A stretch of DNA of 63,674 nt, filler included, from Octopus bimaculoides (lineage: Eukaryota), in NCBI RefSeq assembly GCF_001194135.2. It is 10 parts of 9 records of this genome, joined end to end, with 100 filler letters (N's around TTAATTAATTAA, not from the genome) between each part and the next. Parts side by side here need not be neighbours in the genome. Positions count along the whole stretch, not along the records: positions 25,444 to 34,966 come from NC_068992.1; positions 35,067 to 39,616 come from NC_069002.1; 8 more parts are not named here. One strand, given 5' to 3'. The notes beneath the pieces were generated by a model. It was not told the DNA's origin and made no database searches. It was given only the letters and a program-made list of their open reading frames with translations. Of this stretch, positions 25,592 to 39,017 are shown piece after piece (positions within the stretch are counted from its first letter, which is position 1; each line of letters starts with the position of its first letter). The position numbers and the translations under genes were made by a program.

Positions 25592-28500
25592 TGTGTACGT
25601 GTGCGTATCTGCAACAACACCACCACCATCTTTATGAGAAGAAAACCACGTGAGTTACATATAAAGCGTAGGTGTGATGAAAGGCATTGTGACAAAATAG
25701 ATCATACCATAATCTCAATACAGATTATTATGAATATTGTTGTTATTTACTAAGATCCATTATCGCTAGTACTTACCATGGCCATCCCGCCTTCATAGAT
25801 TCTTCACCTTTATAACAAACCGTTAATGATTCGCCAATTGTAATGTTAAACTATAATAACTCCGTGCCATAAATTTCTCTTTAGTTTCTCATAAAACAAC
25901 CTTCATGTGTTTGTTGTCTTTGAAATGTTTCTATCTTCGGGGTTATGTAGGCAAAACTTATCTAATGGCCTTTATTTTACACGGCAGAGTTTCATGTGAG
26001 AGTAATTTTACTGCTATTGCTTCTATAGATTCTTGTTATCTATACGTGGTGATGAGCGTTGCAGGCCCACTCTGAACATAATGAATTTCCTTCATGCTTT
26101 TGTTGTATCATGTTATAGTGCGTTGGTAATTTGCTTTTAAATGTAACAATACACACTTCTGAACAAAATCGAATGAATTTAAAGTAATATTATGCATAGG
26201 AATAGGTAAACAATTTTGATTCAAACTCGCTTCTGGTTCCGCTTATTTCTACCATACAAATTTGCTAATTTATAAGTGTTCCTAATTATAAACTACTACA
26301 ATACTTCCATCTGAGTATATACCCAAAGCACCAGCATTGAATATATACTACACACACCAGATTAACAGTGAGAAAATTATTTCTATAAATTTTTCATTAT
26401 TTCTACAATGACAGAAGCAAAACCAATGCAGTTACACAGAAATTTGGTTAGAAAAGAGTTACAATTTGTCGTGCTTACTTCTGCGGCAGGTTGAGCGGAG
26501 TACCACAACATAGCAAAATCATTGGTAGACATCAATGGAGTTTTTTTCTGCATGAGCCGCCTTGTAGAGGAACCCGCCAACCGGTTAAATAATATATTTT
26601 AACGAGAAAAATTCACGCTTCTGCATCTAACACTGCCTAAGTTGAATTAACCCGCGTGAAACAATAGCGACGCGTGGGTGGTGAGGCTTTTCAAGCCCGT
26701 TATTTTGGGGAATCTTGTCTATAGATGCATTGTGAGCTACCAGAGCAACCACACTAGCTTCTTCCAGATTTAAAATTTTATCAGAAAAAGAAAGCTAATT
26801 ACAAGAAATCGGAAACAATTTGTCGAGTAAATTAATGACTTAGGAGAAAGTTATTGTGAATAATGTTTATAGGCATTGGATAGATATGGACGTGTCATTC
26901 TCTAAGAATTCTGATAACGTTAGGGGTATCAACTAGATAGCTGATGAATTTTCTTCGTCGATGTACCAATCCTGTCATCTAACCTTTGTTATTTCACTTA
27001 AACTTTTTTTTCTCATTTCATTCATTATCTATTTATTCAAGACCATTTTAGTGTATAGTCAACTACACGAACTGCTATTCTATTTGTAAAAGCGTTTCAA
27101 AAACAAGAGAAAATCGAAAGAAATAAATTACTGTAAAAGGTAATTGATTTTGTGGTTAGCGTAAATAGTAAAGAATTTACCTTCCGGAATATTATGCTTC
27201 GTCAAGTGAGAGGGGGGCAATATCAGAGACAGACTGATAGAAACAAGGGAACGGGGATGAAAGAAAATTCTAATTACCGAACACCTACGGATGCAGATTC
27301 GTTTCCAAATCACGTCTGATTTAAATATCATTACATATTTTATTGAGAGTTCTTAAAGTAATCTATCTTACAATGTAAAATATAAAGTGTATTTGATATT
27401 AGTTACAACTATTTATCGAATATAAACTATGTTTACGGGTAAGGTGTAAATATGAACAAAATATTGTCATCAGTTTTTAATATATTTGATTTCAAGACAT
27501 ACTTTATATCTTGATACAGATTTACACCCCTTTACAATCGACAATGGCAACTGATATTAATATTTTAAATAATGATTGAAAATGAACTAGTCAAGTAATT
27601 TCATGTTTTATAAAACATCTTAGATGTCAACAGATTTTTAGTAGTAAACAAAGAAGATATTTATGCCAAAGTGAGTGAGTTTAGAATTTAGCTAAAATAT
27701 TTTAGTTTGCATGGGAATCACATTTGTACCAACTCTTCACCGATGATTGTCTTTCGAAATTTAAGAAAAATATTCCGAGTCATTTGAATACCCCTGCAAA
27801 TGACATCCAGCCCATCATGTTATTGTTTAAAAACATGTAACCTCTGAGGGCTTCGGGGAAAAATTACAGAGATCAAAATATTTTTTCAGCATAAGAAGAG
27901 AAAGGCGGATAGATTGCATCTATTTCATTGACGGAATTGTTTTGTCGTCTGAGGTCGAAGAGTTCCTAGAGAGAAGAATTACTGTCCAGGTTTTCGACAG
28001 TCCCCCGTAATTAAACAATATGCAGCTTTATTGAGATTTAAAATAGATTCGTGTTAGCGGAATCAGGCGACTGTTTGTTGACAGGAATTCCCACAAACTG
28101 TCATAGAGAAGGTGTCCTGAAGGAAATTAAACCAGGAATATTTGCATTCTTTCCACATTCATTTCTGAAAACGAAGATATCACTTTGAAGTGTATAATAA
28201 TTTTTATACGAATTTTAATTATGATTGGCATGGGAGATTAAGTAAACGGATTTCACATTAAAATTGAGAGACAGAAAAATATGTCCGCAAATGAGACGCA
28301 TGAATATTTTATTTGTAAAAATATCTTAATTGTTTTCGAAGTTGGAATAGCATAAATTTTCCCTCCAAACTGACATGTTTAACTGTGTTATATAATTGCA
28401 GCATGCTCAATTAGCAAGACACGAAAATAAAAGATGCGGGTGAGATATTTTGACGATATCCAGTGTTTAAACTTTAGAGCTCGTAACGAAATAAAACGCT

Positions 28501-29063
28501 ATAATAATCGTTAAAAACATCTGTAGATATAAATATCAAGAATAGAGTATAAATACATATATGCATACATACATACTTGCATACATGCATGCATACGTAC
28601 ATAGATAGATACACACACATACATACAAACATACATACAAACATACATACATACAAACATACATACATACAAACATACATACATACACACACATTGTTTT
28701 CGTCATAAAATTTATAAACTTTCGAGATTACTCGAAATAATTGTTTTTTGGACAGATAATCTCGATGCATATAAAGTGGATGTAAAATCGGAGGTGAAAA
28801 ACCTTCCTGCATTAAAAAAAATCAAAAGATGCTTTGAATTTTGCAATAGAAAAGGACTTTCAACTCAATATGTGCAGGCTATTATTTACAGGTTTACCTG
28901 CTACGAGATCCTATGTTTCATATATATATATATATATATANNNNNNNNNNNNNNNNNNNNNNNNNNNNNNNNNNNNNNNNNNNNNNNNNNNNNNNNNNNN
29001 NNNNNNNNNNNNNNNNNNNNNNNNNNNNNNNNNNNNNNNNNNNNTATATATATGTATGTATAT

Positions 29064-29094
<31 letters not shown>

Positions 29095-29300
29095 TACACA
29101 TATTATTACACACACACATATATATATATACATATATATATAGAATGTATATGTATAGAGTAATCCGTTGCCGTATCGTGGTTCACCTATCGCTGTTTAT
29201 TATTTAAGTTTACGTCCATTCCTCCGTGGTGTTGTTTTGCATTTATAATAAAATAAATATGTGCAAATTATAAAACTAATTAAAAAAATATAGAGTACCG

Positions 29301-29577
29301 CAGTGCTTCTCCAGCTGTCTGATGTGGCCTACTGGCGTTTTTTTTTCCAATGTATCAAGGACTGGTAATATTTCTTAGTAATATTAATTTATACCGGAAA
29401 CAATATATATGATGAAAATAATAAAAGTTGACAATTTTTTAATGTTATATTTATTTTGTAAACAAATAATACAATTTTACATAAGCATTTTATAAGCATT
29501 TTATAACGTTTCTCTTTTTTCAGGAAACTCGTCGTGTACTGGCACCAGTCCGCGGACCACCACTCTGACTAGCATTG
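29301..29577. mobile_element. hAT/Charlie-like non-autonomous element
   Basis: Imperfect TIRs CAGTGCTTCTC / rc CAATGCTAGTC; the right subterminus reads (rc) GTGGTCCGCGGACTGGTGCC, typical of Charlie-type ends. TSD not convincing. Confidence 0.45.
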
Positions 29578-29582
29578 CATTA

Positions 29583-29672
29583 CAGTACTGTTTCTACTTC
29601 GCGGATTTTCACCTGTCGCGGTGGGAGGGAGCGGTTTGGAATGTGACACCCACGATAGTTGAGGAATAACGA
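29583..29672. mobile_element. Tigger/pogo-like MITE relic
   Basis: TA|CAGTA..TACTTCGCGGATTTTCACCTGTCGCGG..GGAATGTGACACCCACGATAGTTGAGG resembles Tigger-type subterminal sequence; TIRs are decayed. Confidence 0.35.
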
Positions 29673-29684
29673 TATGCACACACA

Positions 29685-29742
<58 letters not shown>

Positions 29743-30223
29743 TGTAAGGATTTTGCGAAGTATTTATGTAGATTCACAACCTATACAGTGATTAATTTCT
29801 CATTTTACCGTTCTAAGAACTTGATAAATACAAAACGGAAGTGTTACAGCAGAATGTCCAAAGTCAAGACGTGTTGTTCGCTGTTATTGTGATTGTTGTT
29901 CTTCTGTCCGTTGTTAAATCAAATCTAACTGAATACAATAACAGTGACAGACATTCATCTTGTGGGCACTACGACATTTTAGTGTCACGTAGGTATATTA
30001 TTCAAAGGAATTTTTTTCTTATTATTTTACATGTTAGATCATAATATGCCGAATGTTTAGACTGCCATTTCTAGCATGTTGAGAGTCTCGTTCGTTGTTC
30101 ATTGATTAACTCCATGAAACCAAAACTAAACATATATAGGCCATGAAAGGTGGCTGCCCTCAGTAACTGGACATTACAATTTAGATACTTTGTTTGCGTA
30201 TATATCTATCTGTTTATCTATAT

Positions 30224-30257
<34 letters not shown>

Positions 30258-31354
30258 ATATATATATATATATATATATANNNNNNNNNNNNNNNNNNNN
30301 NNNNNNNNNNNNNNNNNNNNNNNNNNNNNNNNNNNNNNNNNNNNNNNNNNNNNNNNNNNNNNNNNNNNNNNNNNNNNNNNNNNNNNNNNNNNNNNNNNNN
30401 NNNNNNNNNNNNNNNNNNNNNNNNNNNNNNNNNNNNNNNNNNNNNNNNNNNNNNNNNNNNNNNNNNNNNNNNNNNNNNNNNNNNNNNNNNNNNNNNNNNN
30501 NNNNNNNNNNNNNNNNNNNNNNNNNNNNNNNNNNNNNNNNNNNNNNNNNNNNNNNNNNNNNNNNNNNNNNNNNNNNNNNNNNNNNNNNNNNNNNNNNNNN
30601 NNNNNNNNNNNNNNNNNNNNNNNNNNNNNNNNNNNNNNNNNNNNNNNNNNNNNNNNNNNNNNNNNNNNNNNNNNNNNNNNNNNNNNNNNNNNNNNNNNNN
30701 NNNNNNNNNNNNNNNNNNNNNNNNNNNNNNNNNNNNNNNNNNNNNNNNNNNNNNNNNNNNNNNNNNNNTATATATATATAATTTTAAAATAGGATAAAAT
30801 CTTTATAAGAATTTATCAAGTAGTTAGCGTGAAAAACCTCATAAGGGAAAAATTTATTAATCATTTATTTTAAATATATTTATTTATATTAAGGGCATTA
30901 CTATACATAAATGCCTCACGCTAGGAGGGACTCTTAAATTCAAAACTACCATAATAAACATATATGTCCGAATAACAGAAAAGCATTGATTTCATACACA
31001 CAAACGCGCACGCACTCATATGTATGTATATACCTTGTGGATCTGTATCAGTCAAAAGAGATCCTGTATCTTTTTTCTCTTTTTTTCTCCTTGGATGGAA
31101 ACCTACAAATTGTCAATACATGTAAGTCTCTATTTTCTGCAAGTCCTTTATGGTTATTAGTAATTAATTTTGTTTTCTAACAACTGTTGGCTACAACGTA
31201 CACAAGCAAGGCATACAGGATCATTGTGTGGTTGATTCTTCTCGACTGAAACTTACTATTGTCATCAGACTTCCAGATTTTTGATAGAAAAGAAAAGAAC
31301 GAAATAGAAGATTTGTAATCTGGCATGCTATCTGCATTGATATTTTCTCCTGCT

Positions 31355-31570
31355 AAGGCGACGAACTGGCAGCATCCTTAGCACACCAGGCGAAATGCTT
31401 AACGGTATTTCGTCTGCCACTACGTATCGAGTTCAAATTCCGCCGAGGTCGACTATGCCTTTCATCCTTTTCGCCGTTGATAAAGGAAGTACCGGTGAAA
31501 CACTAGGGTCGATGTAATCAACTTAATCCCTCCCCACAAATTTCAGGTCTTGCGCCATTTTTTAGCAGAA
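31355..31570 (+). mobile_element. SINE family E
   Basis: AAGGCGACGAACTGGCAG..GAGTTCAAATTCCGCCGAGGTCGACTATGCCTTTCATCC. Confidence 0.88.
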
Positions 31571-32589
31571 ACTGACAAAATACTTGCCGGTCTCGGTTGG
31601 GTTTTTTCTTTTTCTTTCAAATGTTTTTTCTTACGATTTACCTGGCCGATACAAATGCACCGATGTAGAAGATTAGATCGGTGAATTATAAGGAAGTTGT
31701 ATCAGATACCTTATGGTGTTTGATCTAGGTCGATGAACTTTGAGTTTACTTCCCGACATGTCGTACGTGTCTGGTGGAGCTAGTCCGTTGCATGACTTCA
31801 AACCATCACCTGAGACTTCATGTGCATTTGGGAAGATCTACTCTTTTGCCAGCATTTCCACCACGTTATCGGATTGAGAATACTTTCCGTTTTCTCCCAC
31901 TGATCTCAGAGGATATAACATGGTTGGAAAGCAACATTTTCTCCCCTTGTTAAAAATTTTAAAAACCGTGTATAACTTCAGTAACGGGTCTTCTATATCT
32001 GAGTAATTGAATTGCCAAGTAAAGAAAATGTAACTAGCGCTCTCTGTTGCAGTTTAATCTCTGACTCTATAACATTTCTAATGAAACAATGGAAACGCAT
32101 CTGCAGGGCCTGACAAGACATGGTAGATATAACAACTAAATTGCTTTCAGAATCTACGCCAGCAGACTAAAAAGGACCTGTGTTTCTGACTTTTTGCTTA
32201 TATGAAAATGTATGCCTGGTATCGATTCTTATCATTTTGATTACAGGACTAATCAACTAGAATTGTCCTGAACTAAAGAATAACAAACGAAAAAATGAAA
32301 CGGTCATACCTGTAATACATTTGTCTTTCTCGTGGTCGATGTTGGTGGCGTGACTAGAAGACATCCGCTTCAAAGCACACTGCTGGTTTACATAAAGAGT
32401 TTCATTTCCCCAGGGTGAAGAACAAACTATATATAGATTCATGATCAAGCATAATCGACGGAGACCTAACATTCCTAATAACCCCGCTTTGTAACATGAA
32501 ACATGTTTTTGAAGACCGTTCCGAGACGAATTGGACACTTCCTGGATTTATCAGAGGTTACCGATATCCTCATTATTATCTTCTAGAGT

Positions 32590-34189
32590 TTTTTGTTGTT
32601 ATAGATGTCATCATTCATCACCTTCTTCGGCATCTTCATCATGGATATGAACACCATCACTATAATTATTATAATGTTTAACCCCTTCAACATCATTATC
32701 ACCATTATCATCATCATCGTCATCATCCCCAGCGCCAGCATTAGCTGCAGCATTGGCTGCAGCATCAGCATCGTCAATCTAATCAACATTATTATCATTG
32801 TCATCCTTAATCTTTTTTCTCATTAGCCCCATGACAATCCTCATTGTCTTATTTTCAACACTACCTTTATTTTTAACATCAGCAGCATCACCATCAACAT
32901 CGACATCGTCATCATCACCAATATCATAATCAAATCCAACGTCCCACTACCATCGTCATCCCCATTGTCATCATTCTAAAGATCCCATTATATGAACCCC
33001 ATTATTATGATTACTATCATGTTTAACCTCCTAATCCCCTTCCTCCTCTTCATCATCATTACCATCTTTAATCTGATCATTAGCATCATGTTTATTTTCA
33101 TTCTCTTCCCTTCATCATCATTATCTTTCGGATCATCATCACTATCATCACTATTATCAGCATCCCCATCAACGACATCAGCATCATTTTCACCATATTA
33201 AGGACATCCTCCCGCACTGCCTCCTCTCCTTCGTGAACATTATCACCAACATCGACATTAACATTACCATCATCATCGTCATCCTCCTAATCATCATCAA
33301 CAAAATCATCATCATCATCGTCATCATCATCATCTACATCAGACCGAACATCTTCATCAACCATTCCGTTCCAATCCAAGGCCCCTCATCTCCTTCTCCT
33401 CCTTTTTTTCCTTCTCCTTCTTTCCCTTTCGTTTTCCTTCTCCTCCTCCTTCTTCTTCTTCTTCTTCTTCTTCTTCTTCTTCTTCTTCNNNNNNNNNNNN
33501 NNNNNNNNNNNNNNNNNNNNNNNNNNNNNNNNNNNNNNNNNNNNNNNNNNNNNNNNNNNNNNNNNNNNNNNNNNNNNNNNNNNNNNNNNNNNNNNNNNNN
33601 NNNNNNNNNNNNNNNNNNNNNNNNNNNNNNNNNNNNNNNNNNNNNNNNNNNNNNNNNNNNNNNNNNNNNNNNNNNNNNNNNNNNNNNNNNNNNNNNNNNN
33701 NNNNNNNNNNNNNNNNNNNNNNNNNNNNNNNNNNNNNNNNNNNNNNNNNNNNNNNNNNNNNNNNNNNNNNNNNNNNNNNNNNNNNNNNNNNNNNNNNNNN
33801 NNNNNNNNNNNNNNNNNNNNNNNNNNNNNNNNNNNNNNNNNNNNNNNNNNNNNNNNNNNNNNNNNNNNNNNNNNNNNNNNNNNNNNNNNNNNNNNNNNNN
33901 NNNNNNNNNNNNNNNNNNNNNNNNNNNNNNNNNNNNNNNNNNNNNNNNNNNNNNNNNNNNNNNNNNNNNNNNNNNNNNNNNNNNNNNNNNNNNNNNNNNN
34001 NNNNNNNNNNNNNNNNNNNNNNNNNNNNNNNNNNNNNNNNNNNNNNNNNNNNNNNNNNNNNNNNNNNNNNNNNNNNNNNNNNNNNNNNNNNNNNNNNNNN
34101 NNNNNNNNNAATTCAAACGTGCTATGAACAATATTTAATATATCTTCCATATCCTAATATTAAGTGTAGCCCTAAATACTCCATTTATA

Positions 34190-34248
<59 letters not shown>

Positions 34249-34317
34249 TAACAACGATAATAATAGTAGTGATGATGATAATGATGATGATGATGATGAA
34301 GAGGAGGGGGAGGATGT

Positions 34318-34350
<33 letters not shown>

Positions 34351-34423
34351 GAACAAGTAGAAGAAGAAAGAAAGAAAATGGACATCTACACAAACAACAG
34401 GGAAAATAAGAATAATCGTGACA

Positions 34424-34477
<54 letters not shown>

Positions 34478-34800
34478 GTAATAATAATGATAACAAGAAC
34501 AATGTTAATGATCATGATCATATGAATGATATAAAGATAAAAACAATAAGAAAATTCATAATAAAAATAATCTTAATGATATTAATATTAATAATGAAAT
34601 AACTGTAAACAACAACGACATTGATTAGAAGAAGAAGAAGAAGAAGAAGGAGAAGGAGAAGAAGAAGAAGAAGAAGAAGAAGAAGAGGAAGGAGAAGAAG
34701 AAGAAGAAGAAGAAGAAGAAGAAGAAGAAGAAGAAGAAGAAGAAGAAGAAGAAGAAGAAGAAGAAGAAGAAGAAGATGATGATGATGATCAATAACATTA
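32590..34800. repeat. Compound trinucleotide low-complexity block: degenerate (CAT)n, (CTT)n, gap, (AAT)n, (GAT)n, (GAA)n
   Basis: Direct reading. Similar compound blocks at 4990-5100, 42386-42760, 46240-46714, 53037-53220 and 63310-63674. Confidence 0.9.
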
Positions 34801-35073
34801 ATAACTATATAAACGTAACTCTAATTTCGGGATAATTCCACTTTACGTCGCCTTCCTCTGGAAAAACTAGCATAAATGATTTTACAGTTGGACGATACGA
34901 ATCGCTGATTGAAATTAAGTCCTGGACACACTGACATACATTTGGACCATTACAGCTGAAATGCAGNNNNNNNNNNNNNNNNNNNNNNNNNNNNNNNNNN
35001 NNNNNNNNNNTTAATTAATTAANNNNNNNNNNNNNNNNNNNNNNNNNNNNNNNNNNNNNNNNNNNNCTGTGTG

Positions 35074-35119
<46 letters not shown>

Positions 35120-35659
35120 TGTGTGAGTGTGTATATATGTGTGTGCGTGTGCACACGACGGGGTTCTGCAAAGTTTCCGTCTACCAAATCCTGTTCACAA
35201 GGTATGCGTCAACTGCAAGTTAAGAAAATAAAAGACTTGTTGAAGGTGACGCACGAGTGAGTTGAACCTTGAACAGCAAGGAGGTTGTAAAAAAGAAAAT
35301 TTTCGAACCACAGAACCGTATTTCCGCCTCGAGAACTATTTCTAGTGAATAGGAAAAAGTAATTGATTAACATACGCAGATTATCATCAATACATAACTT
35401 TGTGCAGTCCTCGTCCAGTTAATCACGAGAAAATATCAAGTGTGAGTGTTTAAACTGACTGCAAGAAACTTGGTTTGGTAGATTTTAATAGACATAACAA
35501 GACTGCAGCTGTTCATAGAGATTTGCTAAAGGCCTATTTCTTATGCGTCTTCAGGCCCCTTGCTGTTGCACTTCATACGCAGTCTCTATTCCTTATTTAT
35601 TTGTGGAATTTTCCTGCTGTGAACAATAACATTTCGTATCGCAGTATTTGACTGTCAGG

Positions 35660-36088
35660 AAGGCGGCGAGCTGGCAGAAACGTTAGCACGCCGGGCGAAA
35701 TGCTTAGCGGTATTTCGTCTGCCATTACGTTCTGAGTTCGAATTCCGCCGAGGTCGACTTTGCCTTTCATCCTTTCGGGGTCGATAAATTAAGCACCAGT
35801 TACGCACTGAAGTCGATATAATCGACTTAATCCGTTTGTCTGAACTTGTTTGTCCCCTCTGTGTGTAGCCCCTTGTGGGCAGTAAAGAAATAAGAAACGT
35901 CGGGTGAAATGCTTAGCGGTATTACGTCTGTCTTTATGTTATGAGTTCAAATTTTGCCGAGGTCGACTTTGCCTTTCATCCTATCGGGGTCGATAAATTA
36001 AGTACCAGTTGCATACTGGGGTCGAGCTAATCGACTGGCTCCTTCCCCCAAAATTTCGGGCCTTGTGCTTAGAGCAGAAAAGTATTTG
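35660..36088 (+). mobile_element. SINE family E, dimer
   Basis: Two tandem copies of GAAATGCTTAGCGGTATT..GCCGAGGTCGACTTTGCCTTTCATCCT.TCGGGGTCGATAAATTAAG.ACCAGTT. This core resembles the Nin/Deu-type conserved SINE domain (from recall). Confidence 0.9.
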
Positions 36089-37111
36089 ACTGCCTGGCAG
36101 TTCTTCGAAGTACTTCTCTTCGGTGCTATGGCAATGAGAAAGAAAGAAAATTACCAGAGACTTTTAAAATGTAACGATAAANNNNNNNNNNNNNNNNNNN
36201 NNNNNNNNNNNNNNNNNNNNNNNNNNNNNNNNNNNNNNNNNNNNNNNNNNNNNNNNNNNNNNNNNNNNNNNNNNNNNNNNNNNNNNNNNNNNNNNNNNNN
36301 NNNNNNNNNNNNNNNNNNNNNNNNNNNNNNNNNNNNNNNNNNNNNNNNNNNNNNNNNNNNNNNNNNNNNNNNNNNNNNNNNNNNNNNNNNNNNNNNNNNN
36401 NNNNNNNNNNNNNNNNNNNNNNNNNNNNNNNNNNNNNNNNNNNNNNNNNNNNNNNNNNNNNNNNNNNNNNNNNNNNNNNNNNNNNNNNNNNNNNNNNNNN
36501 NNNNNNNNNNNNNNNNNNNNNNNNNNNNNNNNNNNNNNNNNNNNNNNNNNNNNNNNNNNNNNNNNNNNNNNNNNNNNNNNNNNNNNNNNNNNNNNNNNNN
36601 NNNNNNNNNNNNNNNNNNNNNNNNNNNNNNNNNNNNNNNNNNNNNNNNNNNNNNNNNNNNNNNNNNNNNNNNNNNNNNNNNNNTCTTATATATACATACA
36701 TGCATACACACACAAACGTTTCATGAACCGACTCTAATAACAGACTAAAATCTTGACCCTGATCCAACTAAATATAAGACCTTTCTAAACATTTAAATAA
36801 AGATAATAAACGATAGAAGCAATTAAAGTAGACCACCACTCCCTAGTCTCATACCAAGAAATAGAAGAACGGTAAACAACTAGGACTACATTGGGTATGA
36901 TATAGATATGTTGAAGAACGTAAGAATGCACAAAAGAACAAACAAAACAGCGGAACGTCTAACTACGTAAACATCACAATATCACAATACAAAGATTTAA
37001 TGAGAATAGACAATGACATCCCATCATCAGCTAATCTATTGAAAATCATTGTGTTTTCGACACTGTATATGTATATACATGTTATGTGTGTTTTGTCTGA
37101 ATTTGTGTATG

Positions 37112-37142
<31 letters not shown>

Positions 37143-37502
37143 AAGTACATATGTATATTAAAACTATTAAGAAATAGGGAGTCAGTGTGACATTTTAGCT
37201 GTTTAAACAGAAACCAAACTCTTGTTACTCTGTTTGCTCATTCATTCAATATCAGATAAGTTGAACTCCTAAAATACCTGGTTTCTCTTCCTACAGACAC
37301 CGATGAAGCAACAAGACGGACCGCAATTTGTTCTCTTTTCTCAAATCAAAAGACATTTCAGGTAGGTGAAAAATAATTTAATGATGTCACTTTTCTACCA
37401 GTTTGAAAATACGTATTTGAACTGATTTCTTTTTATCTTCTATGCCATGGTCTGCGAGCGCGCATGTGGCGCTCAAATACTACTACTATAGCTGAAAGAT
37501 AA

Positions 37503-37685
37503 TACAGTTCTATATTTAAGAGATGAGGAATTATTTACATTATTTACATTATTTACAATTGACGGATATTTGTCCTCATCTTGTCTGTTGTTAACACAAC
37601 GCTTCAGCTGATATACGCTCCAGCCTTCATCAAGTGTCTTGAGGAAATTTCGAACCTGGATTCTCATTCCTAAGGTATTTTATGA

Positions 37686-37720
<35 letters not shown>

Positions 37721-37791
37721 TCACTGCCTGGAATCGAACTCGGAATCTTGGGGTTAGTAGCCCGCGCTCTTAACCACTACGCCATATGTCC
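37503..37791 (-). mobile_element. SINE family F: tRNA-like head + (AAT)n linker + hammerhead-like 3' region
   Basis: Minus strand: A box TGGCGTAGTGG, B box GAGTTCGATTCC, (AAT)n, then GACAC-TTGATGA-A-GGCTG-GAGCGTATAT-CAGCT-GAAGCGTT-GTGTT and (AATGTAAAT)3. Confidence 0.8.
37592..37638 (-). ncRNA. Degenerate minimal type I hammerhead ribozyme motif (probably inactive in this copy)
   Basis: Stem I GACAC/GTGTT and stem II GGCTG/CAGCT are in the correct order. The core differs from CUGAUGA..GAAACGUU at two positions (C3>U, A15.1>G). Confidence 0.5.
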
Positions 37792-38984
37792 AACTGAAAG
37801 ATATTCACTCAATGTTATTTTCAATGACATTGAATTACTATTGTTCGGTCAATCTTAATGCGAGACGTTCTAGTTGAGCAAAACACGATGTTGCCTTATT
37901 TCTTTCTGTCAGGGCAATTTTTGTAACACATTTTCTGCAACAAAAAAGTTATCCAATTAACATTGTAAAATATGAACCTATACAATTTCCAAACACCGTT
38001 ATGCAAATTATTTTCAAATTTTGGCGCAAGGTCAGCAATTTGGTGGGAGGGGTGAAAATCGACTGCATCAACTCCAGTCGATCCATAAATGGATGAAAAG
38101 CAAAATCGACCTCGGTGTAATTTGAACTTATAATATAGGGATGAACATGTTAACAGTTCTGCCATCTGGCCGCCTTACACCATTAGGTAAGTTAAGATCT
38201 ATTGTATTCTATGCTTGAATTATAGTTCTGTTTCACAAAACACACCTGCCTAACTACACATGAATTATTGTACCAGTAAGATCGGAAGAGGTTTGTTTTC
38301 TGTTGGAATAATGGAACAAGGATATATAATCCATTATTGTTGCTATCTCTGAGAATATTCCTATGATTTCCAACAGGTATAGGTATAATGTATTAAACTT
38401 AAGCTAAGTTAAAGTTAAATTGTGAAGAGACATAGCACAAATATTTATAATTAAACTGAAAGAGAAAAAAATAAGAAGCAAATAAATTATAATGGATGAG
38501 AGCTGATAAAATTTGAGAAACGTGTGTGAGTTAGAATACAAATAGGGAAAATGGAATGAGACAAAACGGTGTGAGAAAATAACGGAAAGGGTTTTACAAA
38601 CTTTATATTACAGGAATGAAATGATAAACGAGAAAAATAGAATTAAGATTAAGATGAATTAATAAAAAAATATACATTTTTCGTCAAAAATGGTGTGGTT
38701 CACAAGTTTGTTTTGTAACCATGTTATTCTGGTTTAAATATCGCAACACCCCAGGCAAGTAACTTACCTCCCGCCTCGGGTTCACCGAAACTCATCGGTC
38801 GCGTGCGTAAAACGTACACACACATGCATACATATGCACATGTATACATATAAATACGCACATACTGCATATATATCATACACACACACGTATACGCACG
38901 TGCACACACACACATATATGTATATATGTATGTTCATGTCTGTATATATATATGTGTGTGTGTATATATATAATGTGTATGTAC

Positions 38985-39017
<33 letters not shown>

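Noticed and set aside
26420-26940. Possible CR1/L2 endonuclease relic (CSYTEIWL, GNLVYR, VIL*EF..GIN*)
   Set aside because: The motifs lie in different frames with many stops and the spacing is off; too weak without an HMM search.
27395-27555. Weak inverted repeat around GGTGTAAAT / ATTTACACC
   Set aside because: Only ~20 bp align convincingly in very AT-rich DNA; may be an ancient MITE but is unsupported.
32583-33490. Met/Ile/His-rich ORFs
   Set aside because: Degenerate (CAT)n low-complexity DNA that reads open in several frames on both strands.
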